A DNA stretch of 64,000 nucleotides from an archaeon (lineage in GTDB: Archaea; Nanobdellota; Nanobdellia; Woesearchaeales; JBDRAZ01): the NCBI GenBank assembly GCA_043823195.1, contig JBDRAZ010000034.1:12699-76698 (forward strand), given 5' to 3'. A model generated the notes under the pieces. That model was not told where the DNA came from. It searched no databases and saw only the letters and a list, made by a program, of their open reading frames with translations. The number at the start of each line of letters is the position of its first letter. Position 1 is the stretch's first letter. This document shows, piece by piece, positions 59,730 to 64,000 of the stretch. The translations under genes were made by a program, and so were the position numbers.

Positions 59730-60700
59730 GGCTTCCATTTGAGGACAGGACATGCGAGGTTCTTGTGCGAAAGAAGGCTGAGACCTCTCCCCTGTACGGG
59801 AGGCTTGGCGATCCTTCTGTGGAAGAGCTGATCGGGTACGGTGCTGTAAACATCGACAAGCCGGAGGGCCCGACATCCCATCAGGTGTCAGACTACACAA
59901 AAAAAATCCTGGGCATTGACAGGTGCGGACATTCAGGAACCTTGGACCCAAAGGTAACCGGTGTTCTGCCCATTGCCCTTGGCAGGGCCACAAGAATTGT
60001 CCAGACCCTGCTGAAGGCAGGAAAGGAATACGTCGCGATCATGCACATACATGCCCCGGTTGAGGAGACGAAGATACGAAAGGTCATGTCGGGGTTTGTC
60101 GGAAGGATCAAGCAGCTCCCGCCAATAAAAAGCGCAGTGAAACGCGAGGAGCGGTATCGCATGGTCTACTATATTGATATTCTTGAGATACTTGGCCAGG
60201 ATGTGCTCTTCAGGGTGGGATGCGAGGCAGGGACATACATAAGAAAGCTCTGCTCAGACATTGGCGCAGCGCTCGGAACCAATGCCCACATGGCAGAGCT
60301 GCGCAGGACAAAGGCGGGCCCGTTCACTGAGGACGGCCTTTTCACGCTGCAGGACCTTACAGATGCGCTGCACGTCTGGAAAGAGGGCAATGACAGGTTC
60401 ATCAGGAAGGTTATCAGGCCTGTTGAAAACGCAGTCTCGCACCTTCCAAAGGTATGGGTCCTTGATACCACTGTTGAGAGCCTGTGCCACGGCGCAGACC
60501 TGGCACTCCCCGGAATAAGCAGGCTTGACTCAGACATAAGGAAGGGCGACCTTCTGGCAGTATTCACGCTAAAGGATGAGCTGGTCTGCCTTGGCAGGTC
60601 GTTAATGGCCTCGAAGCAGATGATGGCAGAAAAGGGGCTGGGTGTGAAGACCGATAAGGTGTTTATGCTGCCTGGCGTCTATCCTAAAGCTGTACACTAG
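59726..60700 (+). CDS. cbf5: H/ACA RNA-guided pseudouridine synthase Cbf5 (TruB family, with PUA domain)
   Basis: IDKPEGPTSHQV, GHSGTLDPKVTGVL, CEAGTYIRKLC. Confidence 0.96.
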   Translation: MRLPFEDRTCEVLVRKKAETSPLYGRLGDPSVEELIGYGAVNIDKPEGPTSHQVSDYTKKILGIDRCGHSGTLDPKVTGVLPIALGRATRIVQTLLKAGKEYVAIMHIHAPVEETKIRKVMSGFVGRIKQLPPIKSAVKREERYRMVYYIDILEILGQDVLFRVGCEAGTYIRKLCSDIGAALGTNAHMAELRRTKAGPFTEDGLFTLQDLTDALHVWKEGNDRFIRKVIRPVENAVSHLPKVWVLDTTVESLCHGADLALPGISRLDSDIRKGDLLAVFTLKDELVCLGRSLMASKQMMAEKGLGVKTDKVFMLPGVYPKAVH

Positions 60701-60990
60701 GATCCGTCAACAGTAAACAGCTTGCTGTCCCCGCCGACATCAAACAGGCCAAGCCTTGCCCCTGCATCAAGCCATCCGTGGCTGTAGTTAACAGCGGCAA
60801 ACGCGTTCACATGATCGCCTTTCTCAAAGAAGTATCGCGCATCAGAAAGGTATCTCTGCGCCATGTCAAGAAAATCATGGGCCTTTTCTTTCCAGTCAAA
60901 CGAAATCTCCGGCCCAATCTTGACCTTGCCAATGGCTTCCTCAGTAACCGAAAGATACTTCTGTATCTTCTGCTCGGTTATCTCCCTCAT
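60697..60990 (-). CDS. DUF357 family protein
   Basis: MAQRYLSDARYF..GD.VNAFAAVNYSHGWLDAGARLG. Confidence 0.9.
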   Translation of the reverse strand: MREITEQKIQKYLSVTEEAIGKVKIGPEISFDWKEKAHDFLDMAQRYLSDARYFFEKGDHVNAFAAVNYSHGWLDAGARLGLFDVGGDSKLFTVDGS

Positions 60991-60995
60991 TCCCC

Positions 60996-61208
60996 TTAGT
61001 CAACTCTGTCGTGAGGCAGGATTCTCCTGATCTCGATCGGTATAACTCCTGCCTTGAACTCCTTCATGGCAATCTTTATTGGGTTATATCCGGCCGTCTC
61101 AAGATCCTTCTGGCTTAGCTTTATCAGGAATGGTGCGCCCATTGCTAACTGAAGTGCTCTGGACCCGATCATCCGGGCCTTTTCAAACTTTGTATAAGCC
61201 TCTGTCAT
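60996..61208 (-). CDS. rpoK: DNA-directed RNA polymerase subunit Rpo6 (K)
   Basis: YTKFEKARMIGSRALQLAMGAP...IAMKEF...IP. Confidence 0.95.
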   Translation of the reverse strand: MTEAYTKFEKARMIGSRALQLAMGAPFLIKLSQKDLETAGYNPIKIAMKEFKAGVIPIEIRRILPHDRVD

Positions 61209-61218
61209 AACAATCACC

Positions 61219-61992
61219 CTACTTCAAGAGATTTCTTATTTCATTGCCCTTCTCAATGCCAATGTCGACCATTTGCTCCACTTCCTCGGCATTAAGGGGT
61301 GCATCCCCGCCCTTCTGAAGTGCGCAGATTGTCCCGTCCTCGCGTGATACCACGGTCAGGCGCGCATCAGACACCAGCTCCTCTTCTGTTGTGGGATCTA
61401 CTATGAATCTGGTTCCGATCTTATGTATTGTGATGCCCACCGGGATATGCTGGAGCTCAAGGGTCCTGTCAGTCATCTTCTTGTAATCTATTCTGTTGTC
61501 TTCAGCACCGGGAAACCTTGTGTCCTGCAGGGCAGCAAAGCTTGCAAGAGCGCATGAGTCAAACAGATTTCCCGAATCATTTATGATGCAGATGTCAACC
61601 GCGATCATCCATGCCTTCTCACCCTCTTCTATGCACAATGTCTTTGTATCAAGGGCCTTGGATTCCCTGATTCCCCTGTCAACAACCCTGGCAAGCTCAA
61701 TTGCCTGGATGCCGGGCGGACCCGATTCAAACTCAGGATTAGACATGGGAAGGAGCTCTGCGCCCACCATGAAGAGGCCCTGGTTCGGGGTATCGGGGTA
61801 TGGTTTTTCAATTGCCATCTTGACGCCGGCGATTACCTCGGTGTCTCCTATCTTCACCCTGGCGCTCCCCTCGGCGTTTTTTGCAACACTGTATTCTACC
61901 TTGATCTCCCTGTAATCAAGCGGTCCCCTTCTGTCGAACCTTATATTCTTTTCAAGCGATTTCAGCAGCGTGTTCTTTAGGCCGTAATTCAT
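61219..61992 (-). CDS. rrp42: Exosome complex component Rrp42
   Basis: AEGSARVKIGDTEV, PYPDTPNQG, ELARVVDRGIRES, LQKGG. Confidence 0.96.
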   Translation of the reverse strand: MNYGLKNTLLKSLEKNIRFDRRGPLDYREIKVEYSVAKNAEGSARVKIGDTEVIAGVKMAIEKPYPDTPNQGLFMVGAELLPMSNPEFESGPPGIQAIELARVVDRGIRESKALDTKTLCIEEGEKAWMIAVDICIINDSGNLFDSCALASFAALQDTRFPGAEDNRIDYKKMTDRTLELQHIPVGITIHKIGTRFIVDPTTEEELVSDARLTVVSREDGTICALQKGGDAPLNAEEVEQMVDIGIEKGNEIRNLLK

Positions 61993-62699
61993 TTTGATTC
62001 ACCTGTCTTGTACTTGTCTTTTAGCGCCTGTTTCTGGAACTCTGCGATTTTCCTGCAGCCGGCTTTGGCCATCGCAATGGCCTTTTTCAGGTCCTCCTTC
62101 TTGAGCACCCCGTCCATCTGCAGAAGCACGATCTCTTCTGTCCTTGGCAGTATGCCGACCGGTATATCGACCACATTATCGCTGTATGCTTCCTCATCAT
62201 AGGTCAGGTCAAGGATAATCTTGTCCTCCACCTTCCCGACTGATACGGCTGTAACAAGGTCGCGCATTGCGATTCCTGCATCGGCAAGCGCAATTGATGC
62301 GGCGCAGATTCCGGCGCACCTTGTTCCTGCATCTGTCTGCGGAAGCTCTATGTAAATATCAACAACCGCATTTGGAAACTCATTCAGGTCAACAACTGTC
62401 ATAAGGGCCTTCTCAATCACCATTGATATCTCCTTTGCCCTTCTGTTGGACCCGGGTCTTACCCGTTCACCGCCCGAGGAGAACGGCATCATGTTATAGG
62501 AGCATCTCAATATGCCCTTCTCTGGATCCTGCAAAAACTTTGGATACAGGTTTCTGGGGCCGTAGACTGCCGCATATGCTTCTGTCTTGCCCATCTTAAA
62601 GTACCCCGATCCGTCAGCTTTCTTGATGACGCCTGCCCTGGCAACAATCGGCCTAAGCTCGTCATCCTTTCTTCCGTCAATTCTCTTATCATAACTCAT
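61989..62699 (-). CDS. rrp41: Exosome complex exonuclease Rrp41
   Basis: RIDGRKDDELRPI, AVYGPR, YNMMPFS, DAGTRCA, LLQMDG. Confidence 0.96.
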   Translation of the reverse strand: MSYDKRIDGRKDDELRPIVARAGVIKKADGSGYFKMGKTEAYAAVYGPRNLYPKFLQDPEKGILRCSYNMMPFSSGGERVRPGSNRRAKEISMVIEKALMTVVDLNEFPNAVVDIYIELPQTDAGTRCAGICAASIALADAGIAMRDLVTAVSVGKVEDKIILDLTYDEEAYSDNVVDIPVGILPRTEEIVLLQMDGVLKKEDLKKAIAMAKAGCRKIAEFQKQALKDKYKTGESK

Positions 62700-63378
62700 T
62701 TGATTCACCTAAAAAACTGTTAACTCTATCTGTCAGGCCGCTAGTGTGCGACTGGTCCTCAATCATCCTGATTGTGTCCACAACCTTGATCTCGGCTTCT
62801 GGCTCGCCGGATATCCAGATGAGGCCGTTCTGCCCCACAACTATTGTGCATCCGGTCTTCTCCTTGATCATGCTGACCATGCTTCCCTTCTTGCCGATGA
62901 TCCTCGGCACCTTGTTGGGGTTGACATTGATGATGCGCCCCTCACTCAGCTTGATAAGGCCGGGTCCCTTCATGGTCAGGTCAACCAGCTTCTGGGATGT
63001 TACCTTGATTATTTTCGTAACAATATAATCCCCGAAGTTGTAGTACTGGGTAAGATCAGCACCCCTTGTTATGAATTCGTTTGTTGCATCCTTAACGGAA
63101 AGCATCGCAGAATAGGCTGAGTTTGTCTCCACTCTCCAGCCTGTGAATGCGATGTCAACAACCTTCCCGATTATCGTGTCCCCCCGCTTAGGAGCGTATT
63201 TTCCCGAAAGCGGTATGATCTTGACAGCCCTTCCGTCGAGCTGGACCACGCCGAGTTTCGAACTGATGATATTGTCATTCTCCCTGAATGCTCCTGATCC
63301 GGGCAGATAATCCATTCCTGATGCCAGCACTTCGCCAGGCACCGCAATTCCTTTTTCCTTTGCTAATAGTTCTCCCAT
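62689..63378 (-). CDS. rrp4: Exosome complex RNA-binding protein Rrp4
   Basis: VPGEVL, IPLSGKYAP, KVPRIIGKKGSM, VGQNGLIW, HTSGLTDRV. Confidence 0.96.
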   Translation of the reverse strand: MGELLAKEKGIAVPGEVLASGMDYLPGSGAFRENDNIISSKLGVVQLDGRAVKIIPLSGKYAPKRGDTIIGKVVDIAFTGWRVETNSAYSAMLSVKDATNEFITRGADLTQYYNFGDYIVTKIIKVTSQKLVDLTMKGPGLIKLSEGRIINVNPNKVPRIIGKKGSMVSMIKEKTGCTIVVGQNGLIWISGEPEAEIKVVDTIRMIEDQSHTSGLTDRVNSFLGESNEL

Positions 63379-63383
63379 TATTT

Positions 63384-64000
63384 TCACCTTACTTTGGTTT
63401 CAATGTTACCATGTGTTATTGAATTAAGCTTTGAATAAAACTCAGTCTCCAGGCCGGCAGGTATTTCCACAGTTGCCAAAAGGCTCCCGTCGGACAGCCA
63501 GTCCTGGCTTTTCAGTCTTCCGTAGGTTCCCAGCGCAGAATACGACTTTGGTGCATACTCGGCCGGAATGGTCACCTCAATTACCTTTGTCTCAAAATTT
63601 ATCGGCAGCACGACCCTAAGCTGGCTGATAATCTTCGGCACCTGGTCCTCCGCAGACTGGAACTCATCAATCCTTACCTTTGCCTCTTCGAAGGCGTTCT
63701 CGATCCTCTGTACGGGGTGTGGCGCATGCGTCCTTGGATCAACACCGTTCCTGTGTATTATGCCGATTATGCTCCTTCTCTTCTCCTCCCTGAGCTTTGC
63801 CCTGTACTCTGAGGTCAGCTGCACCTCGCCTTCTGATATGATCTTCCTTGCAACAGCAGCGTGTTCATCACTCCCGAATATCTCTGCCAGCTCCTTTTCA
63901 GATGCAAGCAGCCCTTTCTGGACATCATAGAAAATGTTGTCTGACTTAAGAACCGATGCTATGTCAACATCCTTTCCGGCCCTCAGGGCGAGAGCAGCGT
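63384..64000 (-). CDS. sdo1: Ribosome maturation factor SBDS/SDO1 (5'-truncated by the window end)
   Basis: VQLTSEYR, DPRTHAPHPVQRIE, IPAGL; frame runs past position 64000. Confidence 0.93.
   Translation of the reverse strand, partial: AALALRAGKDVDIASVLKSDNIFYDVQKGLLASEKELAEIFGSDEHAAVARKIISEGEVQLTSEYRAKLREEKRRSIIGIIHRNGVDPRTHAPHPVQRIENAFEEAKVRIDEFQSAEDQVPKIISQLRVVLPINFETKVIEVTIPAEYAPKSYSALGTYGRLKSQDWLSDGSLLATVEIPAGLETEFYSKLNSITHGNIETKVR

Overview
Archaeal DNA, inferred to be DPANN and probably Woesearchaeales-like. The evidence is the exosome operon, Cbf5, Rpo6, class I CCA enzyme, TATA/BRE promoters, GGAGGTGA/GGTGA ribosome-binding sites and very tight gene packing. The window has two parts. 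(1) About 1-42.6 kb is a co-oriented cluster of giant secreted, N-glycosylation-sequon-rich surface proteins. It holds a >2850-aa MG/Ig-repeat Cys-rich protein, two gingipain-like C25 proteases, an M4/M36 metalloprotease, an S8 subtilase, a CARDB lipoprotein and an Ig/FN3/PGF-pre-PGF protein, plus two small membrane-anchored proteins and two small regulators (ArsR, and an RHH protein missing from the ORF track). Five proteins end in the same tandem 'GWNL...GYW' domain and have no C-terminal membrane anchor. The PGF-pre-PGF protein ends in a dockerin-like helix pair next to a cohesin-like membrane protein. The best candidate for a new system is therefore a cellulosome-like, modular cell-surface protease assembly (inference). 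(2) About 42.6-64 kb is mostly housekeeping: MEMO1, ahcY, Lrp, IMPase, patatin, a cytoplasmic two-component system with an HTH-REC-degenerate GGDEF regulator, PfkB kinase, cca, a DUF368/PAP2/dolichol-kinase-like trio, cbf5, DUF357, rpo6, rrp42/41/4 and SBDS. This part also has several small ORFs absent from the track, including a 15-aa Cys/Gly peptide with its own promoter, RBS and terminator. No tRNA, rRNA, CRISPR array or transposase was recognised. All domain calls come from motif recognition by eye, not from database searches.
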